A stretch of 63,673 bases of DNA, the filler included, from Octopus bimaculoides (Eukaryota): the NCBI RefSeq assembly GCF_001194135.2. It is 4 parts of 3 records of this genome, joined end to end, with 100 filler letters (N's around TTAATTAATTAA, not from the genome) between each part and the next. Parts side by side here need not be neighbours in the genome. Positions count along the whole stretch, not along the records: positions 31,636 to 56,484 come from NC_068991.1; positions 56,585 to 63,673 come from NC_068991.1; 2 more parts are not named here. One strand, given 5' to 3'. Under the pieces are notes generated by a model. That model did not search any database, was not told the DNA's origin, and saw only the letters and a list, made by a program, of their open reading frames with translations. This document shows positions 52,773-63,673 of the stretch, in pieces (the stretch's first letter is position 1; every line of letters begins with the position of its first letter). Position numbers and translations under genes: made by a program.

Positions 52773-52999
52773 NNNNNNNNNNNNNNNNNNNNNNNNNNNN
52801 NNNNNNNNNNNNNNNNNNNNNNNNNNNNNNNNNNNNNNNNNNNNNNNNNNNNNNNNNNNNNNNNNNNNNNNNNNNNNNNNNNNNNNNNNNNNNNNNNNNN
52901 NNNNNNNNNNNNNNNNNNNNNNNNNNNNNNNNNNNNNNNNNNNNNNNNNNNNNNNNNNNNNNNNATATATATTTATACACACACACATCTATATATATA

Positions 53000-53036
<37 letters not shown>

Positions 53037-53504
53037 GCATATGTATGTATGTATACACACACACGCACATCTATGCGCCCACAGTCACCGACATGCAGCG
53101 CCACCACAGTATCTAGTCAAATTCCTGTGTCATTAATTCATAAAGTTGAAGACGAATATCAGTAAAGACTGAAGCTTTTGATATACTTTCCTATCCCGCG
53201 TTTCTCATATCTTATATCGTTTTAGCCCGAGGGACGTGTTTATATATTGCTCTGTCTTTGAGTCTTTATATTCTATTTTAGCAAAATGACATCACAGCGC
53301 CCCCTTCGGTGAAGTGGGATATGATGTGTTTTTGATTTTACATTCGTGAAATATTAGAGTGCTCCGCTGAGTCTTCTGAGCTTAAAAGTGTGTTTGAAAA
53401 ATGTCACCTCTGTGATAAAATGTTGTGGTTTGTACAGAGCCGGGTTAGGCCCCATAAAGGCGCTGAGCACTTAAAAGATTTTGGTGCCCCCGTATATATG
53501 TAAT

Positions 53505-53668
53505 TCAGGGAGTGGCTGTGTGGTAAGTAGCTTGCTTATCAGCCACATGGTTCCGGGTTCAGTCCCACTGCGTAGCACCTTGGGCAAGTGTCTTCTACTA
53601 TAGCCTCGAAATACCGCTAAGCATTTCGCCCGGCGTGCTAATGTCTCTTCCAGCTCCTCGCCGCCTTT
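53505..53668. mobile_element. Fusion of a family A head (+) with a family D head (-)
   Basis: ..CTACTATAGCCTCG|AAATACCGCTAAGCATTTCGCCCGGCGTGCTAA.. Confidence 0.85.
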
Positions 53669-53834
53669 GAAGTGGAAAATGTGTCTAAACTCGGTCAGTG
53701 GGTCCCTCATCAATTGGTTGCTTCTTATCTTAATCAAGGTGTTGCATTCTGCTCGTCATTGAAGTGTTGACTTACCACCGAGCATTTCTCGGGTAAAATC
53801 ATCCCAAGTGATGTAAAGAAGCTTTTAATAATCA

Positions 53835-54336
53835 TATCCAACGGAAACGACAATGAAAAGGGCCAAACCATCTCCGAACCAGGACTGCACCCGAAGAATC
53901 TTATAAAGGGTGTCGCCTACCATAAAGTCTTAAGCCAAAACGAAACAGTCAATGCAGAGAAATATCCTCATCAATTGGAAGCATTGCATAAAAACTTGAA
54001 GAAATAACGAGAATAATTGGTCAAAGAAGTGTTGCTCTTAGACGAGATTTCAAGGCGGTATTAATATACCCAAGTCAGCCAGGACAGGTTACGGTACTAA
54101 ATATGGAAGTTTTGCTTTCATCATCTTTACTTTCGTGACCTTATTCCCTCCGACTATCATCTTTTCAGCATTATTTTGAGGGAAAACAATTTATTAATTG
54201 TGAAGAGATTAAGAATTTCTGTTGAGTGTTTGTTGGCTTTGAAACCTGAAGAATTTTTACGCCCGAGGGATTAACTCTTTTGCTAAATAGATGAGATTAT
54301 GTTATCAATAATGAAGGGAAATATTATCATGATTAA
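53835..54336 (+). mobile_element. Mariner transposase C-terminal remnant (second lineage)
   Basis: PGLHPKNL, NETVNAEKYPHQLE, DLIPSDYHLF, EGKQFINCEEIK and DYVINNEGKYYHD* across frameshifts. Confidence 0.88.
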
Positions 54337-54418
54337 ATATATCAATTAAGACGACGAAGAGGCATTTGCTTCTTTCGCATCTTGAAATGCGACAGGACAC
54401 ACACACAGACACACACAC

Positions 54419-54457
<39 letters not shown>

Positions 54458-54477
54458 GCACATACATACACCCCTTC

Positions 54478-54541
<64 letters not shown>

Positions 54542-55216
54542 ATCTATCTGCTTTTCTTTCTCCTCTCTCACTTTCTCTCTGTCTATCTATCTACACCTAT
54601 TTTTTTCTCTAACCCTATTCTCTTCTTTACCCTTATCTATTCCCATTCCTNNNNNNNNNNNNNNNNNNNNNNNNNNNNNNNNNNNNNNNNNNNNNNNNNN
54701 NNNNNNNNNNNNNNNNNNNNNNNNNNNNNNNNNNNNNNNNNNNNNNNNNNNNNNNNNNNNNNNNNNNNNNNNNNNNNNNNNNNNNNNNNNNNNNNNNNNN
54801 NNNNNNNNNNNNNNNNNNNNNNNNNNNNNNNNNNNNNNNNNNNNNNNNNNNNNNNNNNNNNNNNNNNNNNNNNNNNNNNNNNNNNNNNNNNNNNNNNNNN
54901 NNNNNNNNNNNNNNNNNNNNNNNNNNNNNNNNNNNNNNNNNNNNNNNNNNNNNNNNNNNNNNNNNNNNNNNNNNNNNNNNNNNNNNNNNNNNNNNNNNNN
55001 NNNNNNNNNNNNNNNNNNNNNNNNNNNNNNNNNNNNNNNNNNNNNNNNNNNNNNNNNNNNNNNNNNNNNNNNNNNNNNNNNNNNNNNNNNNNNNNNNNNN
55101 NNNNNNNNNNNNNNNNNNNNNNNNNNNNNNNNNNNNNNNNNNNNNNNNNNNNNNNNNNNNNNNNNNNNNNNNNNNNNNNNNNNNNNNNNNNNNNNNNNNN
55201 NNNNNNNNNNNNNNNN

Positions 55217-55268
<52 letters not shown>

Positions 55269-55274
55269 CACACA

Positions 55275-55430
55275 ACGGTCTTCTTTCAGTTTCCGTCTAC
55301 CAAATCCACTCACGAGGCTTTGGTCAGCCCGAGGCCATAGTAGAAGACACTTGCCTAAAGTGCCACGCAGCGGGACTGAACCCGGAACTATGTGGTTGGG
55401 AAGCAAGCTTCTTACCACACAGCCACGCCT
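55275..55430 (-). mobile_element. SINE family A 5' half
   Basis: Reverse complement of the head and core, next to (CA)n and a gap. Confidence 0.9.
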
Positions 55431-55759
55431 TTCCCTATTGTTGTTGATGTTGCTGTTATTGTTGTTATTGTTGTTGATCTCGGTTTTGTTGTTGTTGTTG
55501 CTGATGTGTTCTATCTCTGCGTTATTGTTATCGTAGTCGTTTTTTTATAGCCCTATCATAAAAGGTATTCTAGCCGTGACCATCCCATATTTTAAAAAAT
55601 ATATAAGTCCACGTTATCGAATGTGTCCTTTCATTCATTAAAACGGTGAAGTATGAAGTGAGGGGTTTCGCTCTTATTTCTAGCAGGCCAAACGACCGGG
55701 TACAGGATCTCTCATGGCCTTGTTGCTGTGACTGCATTCTATCTTTGCGTTATTGTTAT

Positions 55760-55774
55760 TGTTGTTGCTGTCGC

Positions 55775-55805
<31 letters not shown>

Positions 55806-55901
55806 GGTGTCAGTTATATCATTGTTGCCACAGAATACTGATGATGTAGACAATGATGATGATGATGCTGATGGTAATGTTGATAACGATGACGAGGATG
55901 A

Positions 55902-55949
<48 letters not shown>

Positions 55950-56200
55950 CAATGTTGGTGGAGGTGGTGGTGGTGGTGGTGGTGATAGATGATGGGGATG
56001 ACAAGAGGATGATGATGATGATGATGATGAGACTGATAACGACGACGACGCGGGTGCTGGTGCTGATGAAGTGAGTGGGTAGGTAAAGAGTGCCAGGAGG
56101 GCAAGAACGGCATGACGACGACGACGACGACGACGACGGAGGAGGAGAAGGAGGACGGTGGCAGTGGTGATGATAATGGTGATGATGATGAAGATGAAAG
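55760..56200. repeat. Trinucleotide mosaic (TTG, GGT, GAT, GAC)
   Basis: Directly visible. Confidence 0.9.
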
Positions 56201-57958
56201 AGGAAAAGGATGCGGAGGAGAAAGAAGAGGAATAGGCCATTCCCCACCCCTAACCTACACCCTTTTTATATCGAGACACTGTCTTCATCAATCTATGTTT
56301 ACTGCAGCTTTTGCAGCCAGTGGTTCCTCCTGGCGGTGCTACGGTGCATACATGCATACATACATACACACATACATACATAATACATACATACATATAC
56401 ACAAACATATACACATACATCATGCATAACTAAGCATATATATACGTATACATATATACGTATATACGTATGTATATATATATANNNNNNNNNNNNNNNN
56501 NNNNNNNNNNNNNNNNNNNNNNNNNNNNTTAATTAATTAANNNNNNNNNNNNNNNNNNNNNNNNNNNNNNNNNNNNNNNNNNNNAAAAAAAAAAAAAAAA
56601 GAAAATGTGAAATCTTTGCAGCTTTTTTTAAATTTCATATTCAGATTTTTAACCTATCCTCACACGTTGGGTATAGAGTTATCTCCCTTACATTGATAAA
56701 CCGCCATAATCAAAAGGAACCACGTGTTTAATTCGAGAACAATTTTCCAAGCATTTGATTAAATTGATATCTAATACTTCTCAGTTTTGCTTGCAGTAAA
56801 TATTGGGTTATAAAACACTTTGTGAAATGTCCATGGCATACTGTATGACGTATTCAGAAATATTCCACAGTCTATCAAATATTTCAAATGTTGGGAATCC
56901 ACTATTTTGGATAGACTATGTCCAGAGGAGAGATGGGATGATCATATCTGGAGCACTGTATACATACATGCATAGATAGAAGCTTGATGATTGTCCAATT
57001 ATAACAGTAAGACCATCGCTGGCCATTGAGAACACTGTGCACTCAGACAATTTTATACACTACACTTATGGATCCATTGGGGACAAGTGAGCCCATCTCT
57101 TGGTAATAGGGTTGCCAACCGTCCTTTATTTCAAAAGAGAGTCCTTCTTTATTCAGCTCTATTTGTCCTTGTCTTTTATTGAGATTTGAATTGACGCTAT
57201 TTGTCCTTTATTTTAAAATCGTTTTGACTGGTAGTTCAATTTCCTGCTCTCAAGATGTGATTGCAAAAGCATTTACTTCTTATAAGAGCGCAGACTCTGT
57301 CAACTCTGTAGTCTGCACAATACCAGNNNNNNNNNNTGTCAACTCTGTAGTCTGCACAATACCAGAAGCACAGAGTGGCAGACTGCAGACCAGGGTGTAA
57401 AATTAGCCTCATTTTATGTATAACTCAATTCAACATTTCAAAAAAAAAGGTACTCATTTTGGGAAAACAAGAAAATCGTAAACTATGTTACTAAATATGA
57501 GAATCACCACCTAGAAAAAAGAAAAGAAAAAACAATAGAGAAAGAAAGGAGGTGCCATTGGACATTTAGAAAGGCAATACCTCTGTCTGAACTGAACTGG
57601 GACTCACAAAGAAGAAGAACCAAAACAGATATTGCGTATTATACAATAAGGTTGTGATTAGGCCCTTCACAAAATCGAGCCATAATTTGTTATAAATACC
57701 AGAAGAACAGTGAAATCTATGTCAGAAAACTTGTAATAGTATATTACTTGTAATATTAATTGAAAGTGTATTTTTGAGACATGATAATTTTTACATTGTT
57801 ACAAGAATGTACTGATTAGACCCAACTTTTCAAGTGCTAGCATTTCGATTTCAGTTCACATTTCAAGTTATGTGCCTTTTCGATACATGTTTGTTAGGCT
57901 ATATAGTATCTTTCTACTTAATATTGTTATGGTTAGTGAAAAATTATAATTAGTAATT

Positions 57959-57998
<40 letters not shown>

Positions 57999-58044
57999 AT
58001 ATGTATTTAGGTATAAATATATATACATACCTACAAACTTATAT

Positions 58045-58200
58045 AGATTGGAGCAATCTCGAGTATAACCAGCCGAAATTGCAAAGTTAATCTGGAACTC
58101 GACTGAGGAAAGAAAACTTCGAATGGCCCGTCCGTGTTTTTTCTTGTCCCTATTTTGTATCATCTGCCTGGATGTTTTGTTGTCTCTTTTTGCATCTGTC
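58045..58200 (-). mobile_element. Unclassified dispersed repeat G, copy 2
   Basis: Reverse complement of 45300-45455. Confidence 0.85.
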
Positions 58201-58397
58201 TAACAAGTTTCTTTTTTTCCTGATGTCTTAGTAGCTTCTTTGTCTGTCTTCTTACCCTCTTAGAGGATTGAAGTAAAACTATACAATTGATGTAATGATT
58301 GCATTGTTCAGTTAAATGGAGCTGCTTGAAACGGTTGTACTGCGTCACCTCTGGATATCTTGTTGCTTATTTTGATATGTGTGTGTGTGTGTGTGTG

Positions 58398-58850
58398 TGC
58401 AGGCTTGGCTGTGTGGTAAGTAGCTTGCTTCCCAACCACATGGTTCCGGTTTCAGACCCACTGCATGGCACCTTGGGCAAATGTCTTCTACTAAAGACTC
58501 AGGCCAACCAAAGCCTTGTGAGTGGATTTGTATGTATGTATGTATGTATGTATGTATGTATGCATGTGTGTGTATGTATGTATGTATGTATGTATGTATG
58601 TATGTATGTATATATGTATATATTTAATGTGCTTATGTTTTTATGTCTGTGTTTGTCCCGCAATCATTGCTTGACAACCGATGTTGATGTGTTTACATCC
58701 CCTTACCTTAGCGGTTCACCAAAGGAAACCAGTAGAATAAGTACTAGGCCTACAAAGAATAAGTCCTGGGGTCGATTATTTCAACTAAGAAAAGTCTTTG
58801 AGACAGTGCTACAGCATGGCCGTAGTCTAATGACTGAAACAAGTCACAGA
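58398..58850 (+). mobile_element. SINE family A with expanded internal (TATG)n
   Basis: Head, core and tail present. Confidence 0.9.
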
Positions 58851-58865
58851 TATATACACATATAG

Positions 58866-59200
58866 GCGAAGGCGTGGCTGTGTGGTAAGTAGCTTGCTTC
58901 CCAACCACATGGTTCTGGGTTCAGTCCCTACTATAGCCTCGAGCTGACCAAAGCCTTGTGAGTGGATTTGGTAGATGGAAACTGAAAGAAGCCCATCGTA
59001 TGTGTGTGTGTGTGTATGTTTATGTTTGTGTATCTGTGTTTGCCCCCNNNNNNNNNNNNNNNNNNNNNNNNNNNNNNNNNNNNNNNNNNNNNNNNNNNNN
59101 NNNNNNNNNNNATTGCTTACAAAGAATAAGTTCTGGGGTCGATTTCTTTGACTAAAGGCGGTGCTCCAGCATGGCCACAGTCAAATGACTTAAACAAATA
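58866..59200 (+). mobile_element. SINE family A with the core deleted
   Basis: GGTTCAGTCCC joined directly to TACTATAGCC; tail follows a short gap. Confidence 0.88.
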
Positions 59201-59696
59201 AAAAAGAAAAAAAAGAATATGCATACACACACTTACACACATATATAATAAATATATATATATATATATATATATATTTTATACACACACACACACACAT
59301 ATATATTTATATGCATATATGTATGTCTGGATAATTAGTTTCCCTCATCATTGTTATAATTACTGCTGATAGTGCACCGTAACGGTGACATCAACAGCAG
59401 ACAGTATTGTAACATACACAATGTCCACTTCTACAACATTGTGCTGCTTTAAAAGTACATAAAGTCTACTGCTGTAATAGTAGCCTTCTTGTGTAATAGT
59501 ACATATCTAAATATTGATATATATATATTCCCACTAACCTTCAGAATAAAGGATTCCAGATGCAATGCAATATGTATGCATATATAAACACACACACACA
59601 TATATATATATATCTGTAGCTATATCTATCTTTGTACACATACATACAGACACAAACACATGGAGATCTGCATCTATCTATCTATCTATCTATCTA

Positions 59697-59740
<44 letters not shown>

Positions 59741-59807
59741 CATGCATGCATACATACATACATACATACATACATACATACATACACACAAATATATATA
59801 TATATAT

Positions 59808-60186
59808 CGTGATGGCACCACCGTTCGAGCATGATCGTTACAAGCGTCGCCTTCCTGGCACTTGTGCCAGTGGCACGTGAAAAGTCATTCAAGCGAGATC
59901 ATTGCCAGTGCTCCTGGACTGGCTTCTGTGCGGGAGGCATGTAAAATACACCATTTTGAGAGTGGCTGTTGCCAGTACGTCTGACTGGCCTTCGTGCCGG
60001 TGTCACGTAAAAGCACCCACTACACTCTCGGAGTGGTTGGCGTTAGGAAGGGCATCCAGCTGTAGAAACTCTGCCAAATCAGATTGGAGCCTGGTGTAGC
60101 CATCTGGTTCACCAGTCCTCAGTCAAATCGTCCAACCCATGCTAGCATGGAAAGCGGACGTTAAACGATGAGGATGATGATGATGA
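59808..60186 (+). mobile_element. RTE-like non-autonomous 3' piece with internal repeat units
   Basis: TGGCGTTAGGAAGGGCATCCAGC and CCCATGCTAGCATGGAA..(GAT)n tail (RTE-like from memory); recurring GCCAGT..ACTGGC and CACGTAAAA units. Confidence 0.65.
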
Positions 60187-60504
60187 TATATATATATGGA
60201 TACATATGTCTTGGGGAGCTGAGTCAAGCATGGATGGATGGCTATGTGGTTATGAGATTATGAGATTCATTTCTTAATGGTGTAGTTTTGATTCCATCCT
60301 GCTACATGATACCCCTTCTGCTATAGCCTCAACCTGGTCAATGCCTTGTGATTGAAATTTATATTTACAGGATGTGTGGGCTAAATTTGATGATATTCTA
60401 TGTCTCCTTTCTTCAGGAACAGCTTGATGTATCAGTGAACAGTCACTGGCATTTGAGAACATGCAGATTAAAGTTGTAGTTGAGAAAAACTTAGCTGACA
60501 TGGA

Positions 60505-60737
60505 GGACTAGAAGCCATCTCAATATTGATTTCCAATTTTGGCTCAAGTCCAGCAAAATTGGGAAATGGGATTAGTTGATTGCATTGAACCCAGTGGTCA
60601 ACTGATACTTATTTTACTCTGAAAGGAAGAAAGGCAAATTTGACCCTGGCAGCATTTGAACTTAGAACATTAAGGCAGATGAAATACCATTTAGCATTTT
60701 GCTTGGTGTGTTAACAATTCTGTGAACTTGCCACCTT
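60505..60737 (-). mobile_element. SINE family D, degenerate
   Basis: Minus AAGGTGGCAAGTTCACAGAATTGTTAAC..GTTCTAAGTTCAAAT..TTGCCTTTCTTCCTTTC. Confidence 0.75.
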
Positions 60738-60774
60738 AAGCCATCTGGATATTGAAAAAGAGTTACTTGTATTA

Positions 60775-61025
60775 TGATGATTTGCACTGGATATCAAAAT
60801 GCTGACATCTTTACTGCTGCTCAACGCTTTGAGAATATTGTAAAGGCTGTAAGACATGACATGGACAGCTGCAACAGTGACTACAGAGCCATGGTCAGCA
60901 GAAACTATGATGGACTTTGGGTGTGTTTCCAGTGAGAGTAATGTTATACTGTTCCACGCCTTTGAACAGGGCCTAAGGATCAATTCAGACCACTATGTGA
61001 AACTGCTGGGGACTGTGTTCAAACT
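60775..61025 (+). mobile_element. Internally deleted maT/DD37D-like Tc1-mariner remnant
   Basis: ICTGYQNADI..VRHDMDSCNSDYRAMVSR followed by MMDFGCVSSESNV..FEQGLRINSDHYVKLLGTV. Confidence 0.6.
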
Positions 61026-61078
61026 CAGTTACTTCAGCTGAATATTAATATATGTGTGTTTGTGTGTGTACATATGTA

Positions 61079-61129
<51 letters not shown>

Positions 61130-61396
61130 CCACACACATACATATATATGTATGTCTATGCATGTATGTATATCAGACAAGAAGACAGAGAAAGAATGTG
61201 TATGTCATACTAAAATCTGATTGGCTAGTGAAACAGAAATGTATAAGACATCAATTTGTTTGGTTCTGCATGGAAAGAAACATGTTAAGGGGAGAGTGTA
61301 CAATGTGATCAGGGGTAGGTGTAGTGTATATAAAGAACAGAATAAGAAGAAAAAAAATTAAAATCCTAAGGGAAAAAAATAAATCATACGTTTCGT

Positions 61397-61750
61397 TAGA
61401 TTATTGAAATAAAATTTTAGGAAAAATGCATATAATTGGACAAAAAAAGAGAGGATTGTAAAGATATATGAAAATTATCAATATTCTTGGGAAAAAAGTT
61501 GGGAAAGAATCTTATGCATCAATGAATTATTGAAATATAATTCTTAGAGAAAAATATATAATATACATGTTGCTGCATTGTTGGAAGAAATTTGCTAGGC
61601 AAAAATAAAATTTTGGGCTGCAAGTATGGTGTAATAGAGATAGGCCATAGTCACAGCCAAAAATTATACATATTTTCTCTTTACAATATTTATTTCAATA
61701 ATATAACTATATGAATATTGTTTCCTAGAATTTTATTTCAATAATCCAAC
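61397..61750. mobile_element. AT-rich fold-back element with ATTATTGAAATA subrepeats
   Basis: Nested inverted pairs 61397-61436/61708-61750, 61527-61562/61664-61703 and AATTTTGGGCTG/CAGCCAAAAATT. Confidence 0.65.
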
Positions 61751-62506
61751 AATATACACAAGTTTGTTATTTTTCCTACAATTTTTTTTCACCAGAATTT
61801 AAATATTTTGTCATATTCTTTTCTTTGTACATCTCACAATTATCTTTCTTGTCCTCCTCTTAATTCTTTTTTTTTTTTTTATCATGAAAGACCAAACAAA
61901 TCATTGCCTAAAGGTTTTTTTTTTCATTTCTCCATCCAGTCAAATCTCAGTATTACATTTCAATGTATGCAGTATTTTGTTATATTTTTCTGTATTTTTC
62001 CATCCATTTATATATACTCATAGCATGGATACATAATGGTTGCAACCACCAACATGAGATTATGCAATTCTTGATGCATTATGTCCAGAAAAAACCCCCA
62101 AAAAACTGAGGTTGTTACAGCTGGAATACTTCTGATTACAGATCTATTCGATGTAACTTGACCTGGAACAAAATGATAACAACACAAAGGAAGGACACAT
62201 GAAATACTATAGTCCAAGATACACGAAGGCTGAAAAAAGAAAAGTGTGGGGGGGATGTTCTGGGCTGAAATACCTTAGCTCATAGGTCAGTTAGCTCAAG
62301 GCTGATAACAACAACTTGTATATATTTTATCAGCCCCTGCAATTATGGAAGACATGAGCAACCTTGGCAAGAGTTGAACTCAGAACATAAAGGGTTGTAA
62401 TGAAATGGTATATGGCATTTCGTTCGGTGCTCTACAGATTCTACCAAGCCACCATTGTTTGTTCAGTAATTTGTTGAGAAATAAATAAACAAAAAGATGC
62501 ATGTAA

Positions 62507-62902
62507 TTGTTGTTGTTGTTGTTGGCACTCCGTTGCTTACGACGTCGAGGGTTCCAGTTGATCCGATCAACTGAACAGCCGGCTCGTGAAATTAACGTGC
62601 AAGTGGCTGAGCACTCCACAGACACGTGTACCCTTAACGTAGTTCTCGGGGGTATTCAGCGTGACACGGTGTGACAAGGCTGACCCTTTAAATTACAGGT
62701 ACAACAGAAACAGGAAGTAAGAATGAGAGAAAGTTGTGGTGAAAGAGTACAGCAGGGTTCGACACCATCCCCTGCCGGAGCCTCGTGGAGCTTTTAGGTG
62801 TTTTCGCTCAATAAACACTCACAACGCCCGGTCTGGGAATCGAAACCGCGATTCTGTGACCGCGAGTCTGCTGCCCTAACCACTGGGCCATTGCGCCTCC
62901 AC
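62507..62902 (-). mobile_element. SINE family C, full length
   Basis: Reverse complement of 30140-30513; possible TSD ATGTAATT. Confidence 0.95.
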
Positions 62903-63041
62903 TGAATGTAATTAACAATTAGTTAATCGATACACTAAAGACATTTTATTTGTAATATCTTCTTTATCCTTTAAGACTGGAAAAGAAAGGACATATTGAT
63001 TCTTATTCTATTTATGACTAAACTAAAGTCAAAAGTAGTCC

Positions 63042-63500
63042 CTGGAGGGGAATTAATAAATGTTACTGACTAGAATGTACCACAAAGGAATCCAAAGTCC
63101 AAGTCTTCGGTGAGTGATAGAGCTGTAAAAGCAACAATAATAACAACAATATTAGTCCTGGTTGCAGTTTAAGAGAGGCCCTGGAGGGGAATATACAAAT
63201 GTTATTGACTAGAATGTGTCACAAAAGGATTCAAAGACCAAGTCTTCAGTGAATGGCAGTGCTGTAAAAGCAACAACAATAACAACAATATTAGTCCTGG
63301 CCACAGTTTAAGAGAGGCCCAGGAGGGGAATATAAAAATGTTATTGATTAGAATGTGTCACAAAGGGATCCGAAGACCAAGTCTTCAGTGAACGGCAGTT
63401 CTGTAAAAGCAACAATGACAATATTAGTGCTATCTACAGTTAAAGAGGGGCCCTGGAGGGGAAATAACAGATGTTATTGACAAGGATGTGGCACATAAAA
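63042..63500. repeat. Tandem array of 139-bp units (3 units plus a partial diverged fourth)
   Basis: C(T/A)GGAGGGGAA at 63042, 63181, 63320 and 63453. Confidence 0.92.
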
Positions 63501-63554
63501 ACTGTCATATCACTTAAGACAGTCTTGAGTGATGTGACAGTACTATAAAGCAAT

Positions 63555-63673
63555 ACCACCACCACCGCTGCTGCCACCACCACCACTGCTTCCTCCACCA
63601 CCGCCGCTACCACCACCACTGCTGCCTCCACCGCCGCTGCTGCCATCACCACCACCACTGCTGCCTCCACCGC
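63555..63673. repeat. GC-rich (CCA/CCG/CTG) trinucleotide mosaic
   Basis: Directly visible; runs off the window end. Confidence 0.9.

Noticed and set aside
56600-56970. Possible Tc1-like end (minus TACAGTG)
   Set aside because: No partner TIR or transposase motif; the other side is a gap.
2379-59892. Most supplied ORFs (HT, CV, YI, MYVC, poly-X, poly-T/V/D)
   Set aside because: Translations of microsatellites or N runs.
63042-63500. CRISPR array or coding repeat
   Set aside because: Eukaryotic context, no repeat-spacer alternation, unit length not a multiple of 3, stops in all frames checked.

Overview
Eukaryotic, AT-rich draft-assembly DNA with many N gaps, dominated by microsatellites and transposon debris. 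The repeat landscape is typical of an octopus-like cephalopod genome (inference). I found no convincing host protein-coding gene; nearly all supplied ORFs are translations of microsatellites or N runs. Supported content: about 25 tRNA-headed SINE copies from four families; three REL-endonuclease (R4/Dong-like) LINE fragments; two mariner remnants and one maT-like remnant; a TTAA-flanked piggyBac-type MITE; a non-autonomous Helitron; an RTE-like 3' piece; several fold-back elements; and a 139-bp tandem array. The best finding is a 235-bp near-perfect palindrome at 1014-1248. It is centred on the 5' end of a minimal type I hammerhead ribozyme and lies next to a decayed Penelope-like GIY-YIG remnant. 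Each strand carries a hammerhead with a different single defect, so the two could in principle complement in trans. A second decayed hammerhead lies at 9541-9593 (minus). Boundaries of degenerate repeats are approximate, and family names come from recalled motifs, not database searches.
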